In this document: in pieces, positions 21,951 to 34,533 of the stretch
Position numbering within the stretch: the first letter of the stretch is position 1
Layout of the letters: each line of letters begins with the position of its first letter
DNA from: Squalus acanthias
Taxonomy: Eukaryota
Assembly (NCBI GenBank): GCA_030390025.1
Contig: CM059432.1
Span: forward strand, 3,038,001-3,102,000
Direction: 5' to 3'
Length of the DNA: 64,000 nt
Position numbers and translations under genes: made by a program
The notes under the pieces: generated by a model
What the model was told of the DNA's origin: nothing
Seen by the model: only the letters and a program-made list of their open reading frames with translations
The model's database searches: none

Positions 21951-22446
21951 GGGGCTTTCTTCGCATGATGGGCCGAATGGCCTCCTTCTGTGCTTTAGGA
22001 ATCTATAAATTTTACAAGATGTTATTTTTAATCCTTCGTAGCATCAGTGAAATAAATAACAATTACTCTGTGTGTTCCTTTGTCCTTCTGGTGGCTGACA
22101 TCAACCCAACCATTCAATACATTACTAATTTGTAATACATTGCGAACTGTGTGTTTTCCGACACATATATCAGATTATAATTAAGATTTAAAACAATGGC
22201 ATGATTCGTACTTCAATGGTCCCACCCCATCAGTATAAATGTACCTGTGTGCGTTGTTAAAGTAGTACCAATTATTTGTTTACTTCTCGAGAATGGATTG
22301 GCTTGCAATGATTAGTCTGAGGAAGAGATAAACTCTGATCCTGGGCACAAATCAACAGAGCTTAGTTAAGCTGGAGAAATGGCTCCCATTAGGACTTTTC
22401 AAGGACATTGACCTGGCTCACAGAATTATGCTAATTCAAAGAATAA

Positions 22447-22890
22447 CCCCCTGTGCTCGCTGACCTACATTGGCTCCCGGTCTGGCAACGCCTCAATTTT
22501 AAAATTCTCATCCTTGTTTTCAAATCTCTCCATGGCCTCGCCCCCCTCCTCATCTCTGTAACCTCCTCCAGCCCCACAACCCTCCGAGATCTCTGCGCTC
22601 CTCCAATTCTGGCCTCTTGCGCATCCCCGATTTTAAATCGCTCCACCATTGGCGGCCGTGCCTTCAGCTGCCTGAGCCCCGAGCTCTGGAATTCCCTCCC
22701 TAAACCTCTCCGCCTCTCTGTCCTCCTTTCAGATGCTCCTTAAAACCAACCTCTTTGACCAAGCTTTTGGTCACCTGTCCTAATATCTTATGTGGCTCGG
22801 TGTCAAATTGTGTCTGATAATCGCTCCTGTGAAGCGCCCTGGGACGTTTTACTACATTAAAGGCGCTGTATAAATACAAGTTGTTGTTGC
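22447..22890 (+). mobile_element. L2-clade LINE 3' fragment
   Basis: LADLHWLPVWQRLNFKILILVFKSLHGLAP and the L2 tail. Confidence 0.9.
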
Positions 22891-23237
22891 TATCACGGAC
22901 TCACTACACTCCCGACACAGTGCAAGCAGTTCCGATAAGGATGATGGAAAATGAAAGAAGTGGAACTCTACAAAATGAATATTTCTTCTTCAATGTTGCC
23001 TCATGAGGATAAGTTGTAGTCTTTTGAGTTTGGATTTAAGATGCATTTTTGCAGCAGGGTAATGGGGTCTTTCATCTGCATGTTGCGATGTTACGCATAA
23101 CCTGGGAATGTTTGTCGTTGGCACTGGATGATAAGAGTGGAAAGAACATTCTGCTGGGTGAAATTTATCTCGGGATCTCTGCGCTCCTCTAGTTCTGGCC
23201 TCTCGCTCCTCCCCGATTTTCAATCGCTCCACCACTG

Positions 23238-23586
23238 CTGACACTTGAGCACAAATTCTGGGCCGGGGACGCTCCCGTGCGGTGCCGAGGGAGTGCCGCA
23301 CTGTCGGAGGCGCCGTCTTTCAGATGAGACGTTAAACCCAAGGCACCCCTCAGGTGGACTTTAAAAGATCCCGCGGCCACTATTTCGAAGACGAGCAGGG
23401 GAGTTATCCCCAGTGTCCTGGGGCCAATATTTATCCCTCAATCATCATTACCAAAACAGATTATCTGGTCATTATCACATTGTTGTTTGTGGGAGCTTGC
23501 TGTGCACAAATTGGCTGCCACGTTTCCTACATTACAACAGTGACTAGAGCACTTCATTGGCTGTAAAGCACTTTGGGACGTCCTGA
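23238..23586 (+). mobile_element. DeuSINE, partial
   Basis: Matches the SINE core and tail. Confidence 0.8.
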
Positions 23587-23825
23587 GTGCCTTGTGCACT
23601 TAACCCGGAGCTAAAATGCGTCAAACTAAGACATCGAGAAAGGGGAAGAAAATATATATTTTTTTTAAAGTTTCAAAAGAGGTTCAAAATTCTAAAGATA
23701 GAGTAAGTGAGGAGAAACCGTGGTCACCGGCAGGAGGGTCGGTAACCAGAGGACACAGATCGAAGATAATTGGCAAAAGAACCCGAGGGGGAGGAAGAGG
23801 AGGAGAATTTTTTTTTTTCTATTTA

Positions 23826-25825
23826 TAAGAACATAAGAACATAAGAAATAGGAGCAGGAGTAGGCCAATCGGCCCTTCGAGCCTGCTCCGCCATTCAATA
23901 AGATCATGGCTGATCTGATCCTCACCTCAAATCTAAAGAACACAAGAAGTAGGAGCAGGACCCGGCTACTCAGCCCCTGGGCCCGCTACGCCACCCACAG
24001 GGCCTCGACCGATCCGAACTCAGCCTCATGTCCAATTTCCTGCCCGCTCCCCGTAACCCCTAATTCCCTTTACTTCTAGGAAACTGTCTATTTCTGTTTT
24101 AAATTTATTTAATGATGTAGCTTCCACAGCTTCCTGGGGCAGCAAATTCCACAGACCTACTACCCTCTGAGTGAAGAAGTTTCTCCTCATCTCAGTTTTT
24201 GAAAGAGCAGCCCCTTATTCTAAGATTATGCCCCCTAGTTCTAGTTTCACCCATCCTTGGGAACATCCTTACCGCATCCACCCGATCAAGCCCCTTCACA
24301 ATCTTATATGTTTCAATAAGATCGCCTCTCATTCTTCTGAACTCCAATGAGTAGAGTCCCAATCTACTCAACCTCTCCTCATATGTCCACCCCCTCATCC
24401 CGGGGATTAACTGAGTGAACCTTCTTTGTACTGCCTCGAGAGCAAGTATGTCTTTTCTTAAGTATGGACACCAAAACTGTATGCAGTATTCCAGATGCGG
24501 TCTCACCAATACCTTATATAACTGCAGCAATACCTCCCTGTTTTTATAATCTATCCCCCTAGCAATAAAAGCCAACATTCCGTTGGCCTTCTTGATCACC
24601 TGCTGCACCTGTATACTAACTTTTTGATTTTCTTGCACTAGGACCCCCAGATCCCTTTGTACTGCAGTACTTTCCAGTTTCTCGCCATTAAGATAATAAC
24701 TTGCTCTCTGATTTTTCCTGCCAAAGTGCATAACCTCACATTTTCCAATATTGTATTGCATCTGCCAAATCTCTGCCCACTCACCCAGCTTGTCTATATC
24801 CCCTTGTAGGTTTTTTATGTCCTCCTCACTTTCTACTTTCCCTCCCATCTTTGTATCATCTGCAAACTTTGATATGTTACACTCGGTCCCCTCCTCCAAA
24901 TCGTTAATATAGATTGTAAAGAGTTGGGGACCCAGCACCGACCCCTGCGGAACACCACTGGCTACTGGTTGCCAGTCCGAGAATGAACCATTTATCCCAA
25001 CTCTCTGCTTCCTGTTAGATAACCAATCCTCCACCCATGCCAGAATATTACCCCCAATCCAGTGATTTTTTATCTTGAGCAATAATCTTTTATGTGGCAC
25101 CTTGTCGAATGCCTTCTGGAAGTCTAAATACACTACGTCCATTGGTTCCCCTTTATCCACCCTGTACGTTATGTCCTCAAAGAACTCAAGCAAATTTGTC
25201 AGACATGATTTCCCCTTCATAAAGCCATGCTGACTTTGTCCTATCAAATTATGTTTATCTAAATGTTCCGTTACTGTCTCCTTAATAATAGACTCCAAAA
25301 TTTTACCCACCACAGATGTTAGACTAACTGGTCTATAATTTCCAGCTTTCTGCCTACTACCCTTTTTAAATAAGGGTGTTACATTAGCAGTTTTCCAATC
25401 TGCCGGGACCTTTGCTGATTCCAGGGAATTTTGGAAAATTATTACCAAAGCATCCACAATCCCTATTGCCACTTCCCTCAAGACCCTAGGATGTAAGCCA
25501 TCAGGTCCAGGGGATTTATCCGCCTTGAGTCCTATTATTTTACTGAGTACCAATTCCTTAGTGATTTTAATCGTATTTAGCTCCTCCCCCCCTAGAGCCC
25601 CCTGTTTGTCCAGTGTTGGGATATTCTTAGTGTCCTCTACCGTAAAGACTGAAACAAAATATTTGTTCAGCATTTTTGCCATCTCCATGTTTCCCACCAT
25701 TAATTTCCCGGTCTCATCCTCTAAGGGACCTACGTTTGCCTTAGCCACCCTTTTTCTTTTTATATAACTATAGAAACTCTTGCTATCTGTTTTTATATTT
25801 TTTGCTAATTTATTTTCATAATCTA
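23826..25825 (-). mobile_element. Probably young 5'-truncated CR1 LINE (2.0 kb) with 8-bp TSD, nested in an older plus-strand CR1 fragment (~23680-26050)
   Basis: 518-aa open ORF (24192-25748) covering the RT domain; TSD TCTATTTA at 23818-23825 and 25826-25833; TAAGAACA tail repeats. Confidence 0.95.
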
Positions 25826-26098
25826 TCTATTTACGCAGCGAGTTGTTGTGATCTGGAACGCGCTGCCTGAAAGGGCGGTGGAAGCAGATTCAATAGTGAC
25901 TTTCAAAAGGGAGAGAGAGTTGAAAAGGAAAAACAATGTGCAGGGCCCTGGGGAAAGAGCGAGGGGTGTGGGACTAATTGGAGAGCTCGTTCAAAGAGCC
26001 GGCACAGGCACGATGGGCTGCGTGGCCTCCTTCTGAGCTGTGCGATTCTATGAAAAAGTAGAACGAGCATTTTGTGTCAATTGTTTCCAGCTAGAATG

Positions 26099-26112
26099 GT
26101 GCCCTCTGCTGG
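26099..26112 (-). promoter_or_regulatory. Candidate CTCF-binding motif
   Basis: Minus strand CCAGCAGAGGGCAC fits the core consensus CCASYAGRKGGCRS and lies in non-repeat sequence. Confidence 0.45.
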
Positions 26113-26714
26113 TGATGCTGCTTTGGTGCACTATATTACATTTGCAAACTTGACTGAACCTAAAGTGACCAAATTTAATGTACCGACAGGCTTTGAGGGC
26201 AAGAGACTTCTTGGCTAAACATTTGTAAAATAAGTGATGTGCTTGCAAGCTGTTGTTTTTTTTTCTCCAAAAAAAAATAAGACTTTGAAAGTTCTGTGAG
26301 AACACAAGGAGTGAGTCAACCCTCAGGTGCAAAAACAAGGACTTCAGCCCACGAAGAAACTGGCCTTGGTTGGCCAAGCGTCAAAACAGATAGGAAAGAG
26401 AGAGAGAGAGAGGGAAAAAACAAACGCCATTCACACAGTTCGGGACGCGAATGCTGTGGGCGAGCTGCCAAGTTTTTGGTATTAAAAATTGCTACGAGAA
26501 GACATTCGAGGCTGCAGTCGAGGGCAACCTGGTCAGTTGCCAGTTAAAGTCGTACGTCTCCTCACCTCCGAGCCGACCCCTCACCGGTGTTAGTACGGAT
26601 GTGATTGCTTATGATCACTGGAGCTTAAAGTAACCGATTAGATCCGTGCGCGCTTACTTGTCATAAGTTAAGGATAGAGTACGGGTTGTCATGTAATATT
26701 TTGTGTGCTTACTT

Positions 26715-28332
26715 GTTTTAAAGAGTGTGCAGGGACAGAGGGACCTGGGAGTTAATGTGCATAGGTCCCTGAAGGTGGCAGGACATAGAATCATAGCAAG
26801 TTACAGCACGGAAGGAGGCCTTTTCGGCCCATCGTGTCCGCGCCAGAGAGAGTGGTTAGCAAAGCATATGGGATCTTGGGCTTCATAAATAGAAAGTATT
26901 GAGTACAAAAGTAGAGAATTTCTGCTGAATCTTTATAAAGCGTTGGTTAGGCCACAACTGGAGTATTGCGTCTAGTTCTGGTCACCACACTTTAGGAAGG
27001 ATGTGAAGGCCCTTGAGAGGGTGCAGAGGAGATTTACCAGAATGGTTCCGGGGATGGGGGATCTTAGCTACAAGGACAGGTTGGAGAAGCTGGATTTGTT
27101 TTCATTAGAGGAGGTTGAGGGGTGATTTGATAGAGGTGTACAAGATTATGACGGATTTGGATAGGCTGTTCCCACTAGTTGTTGGTACAGGGACTAGGGG
27201 ACACAGATTTAATGTTTTGCGCAAGAGAAAAAACTTTGTTACGCAGCGAGTGGTGAGGACCTGGAACTCGCTGCCGACGGAAGTGGTGGAAGCGGAGACA
27301 CTCAGGGGTAGAAATTAGGTCGCGCCCCATTTGGGGCGCAAATATCGTCCGGACGCAAATATTAGCGCCTGGCGCTAATTATCGGCACTGACAGGAAACT
27401 TCACTTTTACCGCCCCGGGAGGTGAGTGGAGCGCTAAAGCAGGTGCTGCACACCTCTCTTAAGGCGCAAAGGCCGAGCAGTGAGGCGCTAACTCGGAGCG
27501 CTGGCGAAGCTCATGTAATGTCAGTCAGCAATGGAACACACACACAATGGCACGGGCCAGTTCTTAAAGGGGATGGTTAATCTTGCTTTCCATCCACATC
27601 CTGTTCATTGCTGCCTTGAATCTCGGCCTGGAGAGACTTGCACATCAAATGTGCTGGAAAGAACAATGGAGAGTACCAGGCAAAGAGCTCAGAGTGCAGC
27701 TCCCACAGTCTCTGCTAAATCGATACAAGGAATGGCAAATCAAAATGAACCTGCAAAGTGCTGCTCAGTACCCAGAACTCCTTCACACAACGTTGAATCT
27801 CTCCAGAAGTCTCTCCCTCTCTCTCTCAGAATGCGTAGTTCAAAAATGCCACCAACAATAAAAGACAGGAAGAGGCCCCCTTTAAATAGCGCCCCCCCCC
27901 AGCCCCACAGCGATTGATAGCGTTCCAGTCTTCTGGTCGTTGGAAGCGCCAGGCGGTAAGGCAGGGGGCGCCACAAGGGCGTTGCACCATGGAATGACGT
28001 CACAATCTGCGCGCGCAGGTGGTCGCAGCGGTAAGTTTTAGCGCCGCCGCACAATCTCAAGTTAAGTTCTCGAGCGGCGCAAACATCGCTGCGCCCGGGC
28101 GTTAGCGGCTTTGCGCCCCATTAGCGCCCTCTTAAGGCGCTAACGGGAGGCGCAACCAAGTGAATTTTTACCCCTCAATGTTTTCAAGGGGAGACTGGAT
28201 AGGCACTTGAGGGAAATAAACTCGCAGGGCTACGGGGATAGAGCGGGGGAATGGGACTGACTGGATTGCTCTACAGAGAGCCGGCACGGACTCGATGGAC
28301 CGAATGGCCTCCTTCTGTGCCTCTATGACTCT
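26715..28332 (+). mobile_element. CR1 3' fragment interrupted by a MITE
   Basis: QRDLGVNVHRSLKVAG...RGDLIEVYKIM...VVEAETL; continues after 28177 as in the paralogous copy at 12928-13520. Confidence 0.88.
27305..28174. mobile_element. Harbinger-type MITE (870 bp), TSD TCA
   Basis: TIRs GGGGTAGAAATT and AATTTTTACCCC; TCA duplicated at 27302-27304 and 28175-28177; left subterminal region resembles that of the 7359-11652 element. Confidence 0.92.
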
Positions 28333-28665
28333 AATTGATTTTAAGTAAAGAATAGTTTACCCTGAAATCTTTGTCTCAAGTTGTCTGTTCCACGGGTCTG
28401 AACTTGTCAGACAGAAGTTCAAAACAATCTGAATGTCTTACACATTCCAATTATAATCACTCCTGGTTTACAGACACTTGATTTAAAAGTCCCAGTGCTT
28501 TTGTGTATCTGTTTTTTTTAATATGAATAAAAAATCCGGAATGATCATTTTAAATTTCCACACCACTTATTGTCTGTCCCATTTTCTAGTTTGCTGAAAA
28601 TCATGATATCTGTCGTCAGGGAGGATAGGATCGTGGTGCAAGTACAGAAAGAACTCTCACATTAA

Positions 28666-29020
28666 TAGAACGAACGAGCTTGCATTTATATCGTGCCTTT
28701 CATGACCTCGGGACATCCCAAACTCACTGTTGTAATGTAGGAAACGCAGCAGCCAAGGTCCCACAATGTGACAATGACCAGATCATCGGTTTTAGGTGTA
28801 AAGAAAGAGAGAACGAACGAACGAGCTTGCATTTATATAGCGCCTTTCACAACCTCGGGACATCCCAAAGCGCTTTACAGCCAATTTTGAAGTGGAGTCG
28901 CTGTTGGAATGTGGGAAACACGGCAACCAATTTGTGCACAGCAAGCTCCCACAAACAGCAGTGAGATAATGACCAGATCAGCTGGGTTTTTTTTTTAAGT
29001 GATATTGGGCGAGGGATGAA
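28666..29020 (-). mobile_element. Two tandem DeuSINE 3' portions
   Basis: Both start (plus strand) with (GAAC)nGAGCTTGCATTTATAT...CTCGGGACATCCCAAA. Confidence 0.75.
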
Positions 29021-29429
29021 TCAAAACACCTCATAATTTTGAACACCAATATTAAATCTGCGCTCCTGGCTATTTTCCAGCCCTTTGGAATGCTCCTGTC
29101 AAAGTTACGGTGGGATCTTCGCCCCCATGGATTGCAGCTCGCATGGACACAACTTTTTCTATCCAAGAACTAGCAGACGGCATCTCAGCTTTCATTGAGG
29201 CCTAAAGCTATTGACTATATTACATTCAAATTTGAATTGAAGGAAAATTAAAGAAATACCCTGATTGCTACGCCTTTCTGAATGGTGCATTGGGTTAAAG
29301 CCCCCGGTTAGTATTCTTACATAAACTAAGCACATGGGCCCATACAGGGGTTGTCAGCACGTTCACAGAATCTATAAACAGTGCCTCACAAATCTACTGG
29401 AATTCTTTTGAGGGGGTAACTACAACAAC

Positions 29430-30130
29430 CTTGGTGTGCATGTACATAGATCCCTGAAGGCAGCAGGACAGATAGATAATGTGGTTAAAAAGGCATATGG
29501 GATACTTATATTCTATGCCTCGGCTAATGAAGGCAAGAGCAGGGCGGTTATGATGGAGCTGTACTAAACGCTAGTTAGGCCACAGCTGGAATACTGTGTG
29601 CAGTTCTGGTCGCCACGCTATAGGAGGGATGTGATTGCATTGGAGAGGGTGCAGAGGAGATTCACCAGGATGTTACCTGGGCTGGAGCGCTTCAGCTATG
29701 AAGAGAGAGTGGACAGGCTGGGGTTGTTTTCCTTAGAGCAGAGAAGGCTGATGGGGGGACCTGACTGAGGTGTACAAAATTATATGGGGCATAGATAGGG
29801 TAGATAGAAAGGAACTTTTCCCCTTAGTAGAGGGGTCAATAACCAGGGGGCATAGTTTCAAGGTAAGGGGCAGGAGGTTTAGAGGGGATTTGAGGAAAAA
29901 CTTTTTCACCCAGAGGGTGGTTGGAATCTGGAACTCACTGCCTGAAAGGGTGGTAGAGGCAGGAACCCTCACAACATTCAAGAAGCATTTAGATGAGCAC
30001 TTGAAACGCCATAGCATACAAGGCTACGGACCAAGTGCTGGAAAATGGGATTCGAATAGATAGGGCTTGATGGCCGGCGCGGACACGATGGGCCAAAGGG
30101 CCTCTTTCTGTGCTGTATAACTCTATGACT
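29430..30130 (+). mobile_element. CR1 3' fragment
   Basis: YKIIWGIDRVDRKELFPLVEGSITRGHSFKVRGRRFRGDLRKNFFTQRVV. Confidence 0.9.
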
Positions 30131-30134
30131 AGCA

Positions 30135-30482
30135 CTTCTATAGTATCTTTAATGTAGTAAAGCGTCCCAGGGCGCTTCACAAGAGCAATTATCAAACAAA
30201 ATTTCACACCGAGCCACGTAAGGGGATATTAGGACAGAAGCTTGGTCAAAGGGGTAGGTTTTAAGGAGCATCTTAAGAGGAGAGAGGGGTAGAGATTTGG
30301 GAGAGGTTTAGGGAGGGAATTCCAGAGCTTAGGGCCCAGGCAGCTGAAGGCAAGCTTTTGGTCACCTGTCCTAATATCTCCTTATGTGGTTCGGTGTCAA
30401 ATGCTCTCGGATAATCGCTCCCGTGAAGAGCCTTGGAACGTTTTACTGTGTTAAAGGCGCCATCGAAATACAAGTTGTTGTT
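30135..30482. mobile_element. Two L2 3' ends joined in inverted orientation (junction ~30350)
   Basis: Minus-strand L2 tail 30135-30350 abuts plus-strand L2 tail 30351-30482. Confidence 0.8.
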
Positions 30483-30571
30483 TGGATGTATCTGATGGGG
30501 ATTTGAGCAAACAGGTTAGTTTAGCCCGACGTGACTCAGCAATGAGGCGACATTTGGAGGTTAGAGATAAA

Positions 30572-31168
30572 GGGCTGGATTTTGTCTTGGGGTCGGGTTG
30601 GGGTCGTGTGATCCGCATTTTGTGTTGCCCCCCCGACTCCAGATTAATGTGGATGAATGATGCAATTTTAACTTAATTGAGCAATTGAGTTCCAGCATAT
30701 GGGAACCCATGAACCAATTAGTGGTTCCAGGCAGTCTCTGAAGACATTCAATGCAGCAGCATCAGAGGCGACTTTAAGACCTAATACTACTACTACCTTC
30801 ATCACAATACTACTACTACCTACCTTCATCACATCTCCGTTGTAATAGTGGACCTGCAGCTGATAGTCAGCTATCCAGTTGTGCTCCCGCCAGGTTTCAC
30901 TGGAGTGTTTCACACCAGGTGTGCTTCACGTCGGAAAAGGGTTAAATTAGCTAAAACATTTCAAAATGGCATTACAGAGCCAATTTAGGGCTTGTTAAGG
31001 GCTTTAATGGCCTCTCCCGCCTCTTGGAGGCGGGACGGAGTCGGGAACCCCGCGACCGATTTTGTCAAAATTGCGTGGAGGCGGGATGGAGTCGGGACCC
31101 CCGACCCGCAAATTTAACCCCCCACACGCCTCCAAACCCGACTCCACGGGTCATTGAAAATCCAGCCC
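30572..31168. mobile_element. Harbinger-type MITE (597 bp), TSD AAA
   Basis: Perfect 12-bp TIR GGGCTGGATTTT / AAAATCCAGCCC; AAA on both flanks; subterminal GTCGGG/CCCGAC repeats. Confidence 0.85.
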
Positions 31169-31527
31169 AAAAATTCTGGTTGATACAAATATTCGTGCCA
31201 AGATACGAGTGTGGACCAGAAAGTGAGTGACCGTCCATTTTGACCGATCCTTGCTCGAATCACGCAGTGCAGAATTCTGATCCGTGTAAACTGTTCCCAT
31301 AAAAGAACAGGCAAGAGCATTTTAAAGTCAACGTGATGCTAATTCCATTTAATTGAAGTCAGGTGCAAAAATGCTTATCTTTGCGACAAGATTTCGCTGT
31401 GTGCATAGAACGCCCATAAGTGGAGAGCGTAGAGGTCAGGAATATTCAGGCCTGCTCCAGGAAGTCAATTCTCAAAGGCGAGCCGAGCATTTTGTGTGAC
31501 ATTAGCTAACTGGGTATTGCAAGGGAA

Positions 31528-32150
31528 TGCTTGCCTTTCTTAGCCGTGGCATAGAATACAAGAGCAGGGGGGGTTATGCTTCAACTGTATAAAACACTAG
31601 TTAGGCCTCAGCTAGAGTACTGCGTACAGTTCTGGTCACCACATTACAGGAAAGATGTGATTGCACTGGAGAGGGTGCAGAGGAGATTTACAAGGACGTT
31701 GCCAGGAGTAGAGAATCTTAGCTATGAGGAAAGACTGGATAGGCTGGGTCTGTTTTCCTTGGAACAGAGGAGGCTGAGGGGAGACCTTATTGAGGTGTAT
31801 AAAATTATGATAAAGTGGATAGAAAGGACCTATTTCCCTTAGCAGAGGGGTCAAAATCCAGGGGGCACAGATTTAAAGTAATTGGTGGAGGGTTTAGAGG
31901 GGATTTAAGGGGAAATTTCTTCACCCAGAGGGTTGTGGGGGTCTGGAACTCATTGCCTGAAAGGGTGATAGAGGCAGGAACCTTAACCACATTTAAAAAG
32001 TGCTTGGATGTGCACTTGGGATGCTCTAACCTGCAGGGCTACGGACCAAGAGCTGGGAAGTGGGATTAGGCTGGATAGCTCTTTGTTGGCCGGCGCGGAC
32101 ACGATGGGCCGAAATGGCCTCCTTCCGTGCTGTAACTTTCTGTGATTCTA
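31528..32150 (+). mobile_element. CR1 3' fragment
   Basis: [38 protein letters not shown]. Confidence 0.9.
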
Positions 32151-32192
32151 GAGCAATTAGTGCTCCTTTATGTTTGAGCTTTTGTTTATTTT

Positions 32193-32296
32193 GGAAGGAA
32201 AGAAGGAAAGAAGAAGGAAAGAAGAAGAGGAAGAAGAAGAGGAAGAAGAAGAGGAAGAAGAAGAGGAAGAAGAAGAGGAAGAAGAAGAGAAGGAAA
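32193..32296. repeat. Polypurine repeat (GAAGAAGAGGAA)n at a SINE tail
   Basis: Visible 12-bp tandem units directly abutting the 3' end of the minus-strand SINE. Confidence 0.9.
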
Positions 32297-32650
32297 GTCT
32301 TGCATTTCTGTAGCACCTTTCACGGCCACCGGACGTCCCAAAGTGCTTTACAGCCAATGAAGAACTTTTTGGAGTGTAGTCACTTGTGATAATGTTGATT
32401 GAGGGATAAATATTGGCCAGGACACCTGCTCTTCTTCGAAATAGTGCCATGGGATCTTTTATGTCCACTTGAGGGGGCAGACGGAGCCTCGGTTTAACGT
32501 CTCGTCTTGTCTGAAAGACGACACCTCTGACAGTGCGGCGCTCCCTCAGCACTGGAGCGTCGGTCTAGATTTTTGTGCTCAAGTCTCTGGAGTGGGACTT
32601 GAACCCACAACCTTCTGACAGCAGAGGTGAGGGTGCTACCCACTGAGGAC
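32293..32650 (-). mobile_element. DeuSINE with internal deletion
   Basis: Reverse complement of SINE tail, core and tRNA head. Confidence 0.82.
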
Positions 32651-32705
32651 ACATGGAGAGGTGGATGAGAGAGGCGTGCTTATGACAGAAGCAGGCTGCT
32701 TGCAC

Positions 32706-33052
32706 AGGGTTGGCAACTCCTCCAGGATGATCCTGGAGTCTCCAGGAATTAAAGATTACTCTCCAAGGCACTGCTTCCAGCAACACCCGGGAGAAAAATT
32801 ATTGGGGTATGGTGTTTTTTCCCCCCCCATTTTATTTGAGCACGTTTATTTATTAGGTATAAAAATATTGGAGAGGGGGGAAAAAAGGCTAATTGACCGA
32901 ATCATTCAATCGGGAAATGAAGAGTCTGTTCACTTTCCAATTGGCTGTGGGAAGGTGGGGCGCCGCGAGGATAGAGGTGCCAGGCGACCAATGGCGGGAG
33001 AGGGTTTGGCAGCGAAGGGTCATACGACGATACCTCCAGAGATGGTGACCCT
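32706..33052. mobile_element. Non-autonomous TIR element, possibly hAT (Blackjack-like); second copy at ~59945-60194
   Basis: Ends CAGGGTTGGCAAC and TGGTGACCCTA; interior CTCCAGGA...CCTGGAGTCTCCA(G/A)GAATT(A/G)AAG is shared with the copy near 59950. Confidence 0.55.
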
Positions 33053-33789
33053 AAGCTTGCACCCACCATTATCCAGACAGACCCAGACACCTCTCTTTGG
33101 GAAATGTCTGAAGAACAGGGGTGGACCTCTAACCCTGGAGCGGGTTTCGAGTGGGCGGGTGGCGGGGGGGTGGGGTGCGAGTGCGAGATGCGCCAGGAGG
33201 TTGGAGATTCTAGAACGTTGGAGCTCCCACGCCCTGGGCCTCCTGAGAGATCTGGTCTGTGATCAGCGTTAGAAGTCAAATGTCAGTCAGGTTAAGTTCA
33301 GGCCCGCTCAGGTGGACATAAAAGATCCCACGGCACTATTGAGAAGAGGAGCAGGGGAGTTCTCCTCAGTGTCCTGACCAATATTTGTCCCTTAACCAAT
33401 ATCACTTAAAAAAAAGAGAGATTATCTGGTCATCATCACATTGCTGTTTGTGGGAGCTTGCTGTGCGCAAATTGGCTGCCGCGTTTCCCACATTACAACA
33501 GTGACTACACTTCAAAAAGTACTTCATTGGCTGTAAAGCGCTTTGGGACGTCCTGAGGTCATGAAAGGTGCTGTGTAAATTGAAGTTCTTTCTTGCTTTG
33601 CATGAGTCCCTGTCCCCCAGCGAGACTCTTTTCCCATTCATTACCGCTCTCTGCTTTTAATTTCCAGGATAGTTTTCAATCCAGCGAATGTTCTGGTGTG
33701 CCATTAATTCATTCAGTCTTAATCTTCTTTGAAAATCCTCAGGTGTGGATTTTTACAAGATGCCTTCTGAAAATCCAGGTAAATTATAC

Positions 33790-34180
33790 CCATCTTTTGT
33801 TACCTCCAAACTCGCCTATTCCAACACTCTCCTGGCTGGCCTCCCATCGTCCACCCTCCGTAAACTTGAACTCATTGGCTGTGAAGCGCCTTGGGATGTC
33901 CTCCCCATCTCTGTAACCACCTCCAGCCCTGAAAGCCTCCGAGATCTCTGCGCTCCTCCAATTCCGGCCTCTTGAGCATTCCTGATTTTAATCGCTCCAC
34001 CATTGGCGGCCGTGCCTTCGGCTGGCTAGGCCCGAAACTCTGGAATTCCCTCCCTGAACCTCTCCGCCTTTAACATGCTCCTTCAAACCCACCTCTTTGA
34101 CCAAGCTGTCCTAATATCTCCTTGGGTGGCTCGGAATCAAATTCTGTGACTACGTTCAAGGCGCTATAGAAATGCAGGGT
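33790..34180 (+). mobile_element. L2 3' fragment, preceded by a partial DeuSINE (~33300-33595)
   Basis: FVTSKLAYSNTLLAGLPSSTLRKLELI and the L2 tail. Confidence 0.8.
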
Positions 34181-34533
34181 CTTTATATATTATTTGGAAA
34201 AGAAAAGAAAACGGCAGTGTTTGCTTCACGCTTATTTGCACACACGAGTAATTGAGATGACTTTCACAAGACAGGCAGGCTTTCCGCTCAAAGTTCAAGA
34301 TGTCTTCTGAACATCTCAATGTATTAAAGGCTTGTGACAAAGGGCTTTGTATCTGTCATCTTATATACATCACCAGTTGGAGCATGTAAAATCAGGATAG
34401 GATTGCGTTTAAAAAAAAATACTCCTGACAGTATGGTAATTGGCAATTGTGCTAAATCAAAAGGATAAGTACCCTTTTGGCATTCTAAGCACAGTGCTCG
34501 GGTTACTGGGGGTTAAGTGAGGAACACGAGAAC

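Noticed and set aside
32060..32389. Poly-KKKR ORF resembling a nuclear localisation or protamine-like peptide
   Set aside because: Translation of a simple repeat at a SINE tail.
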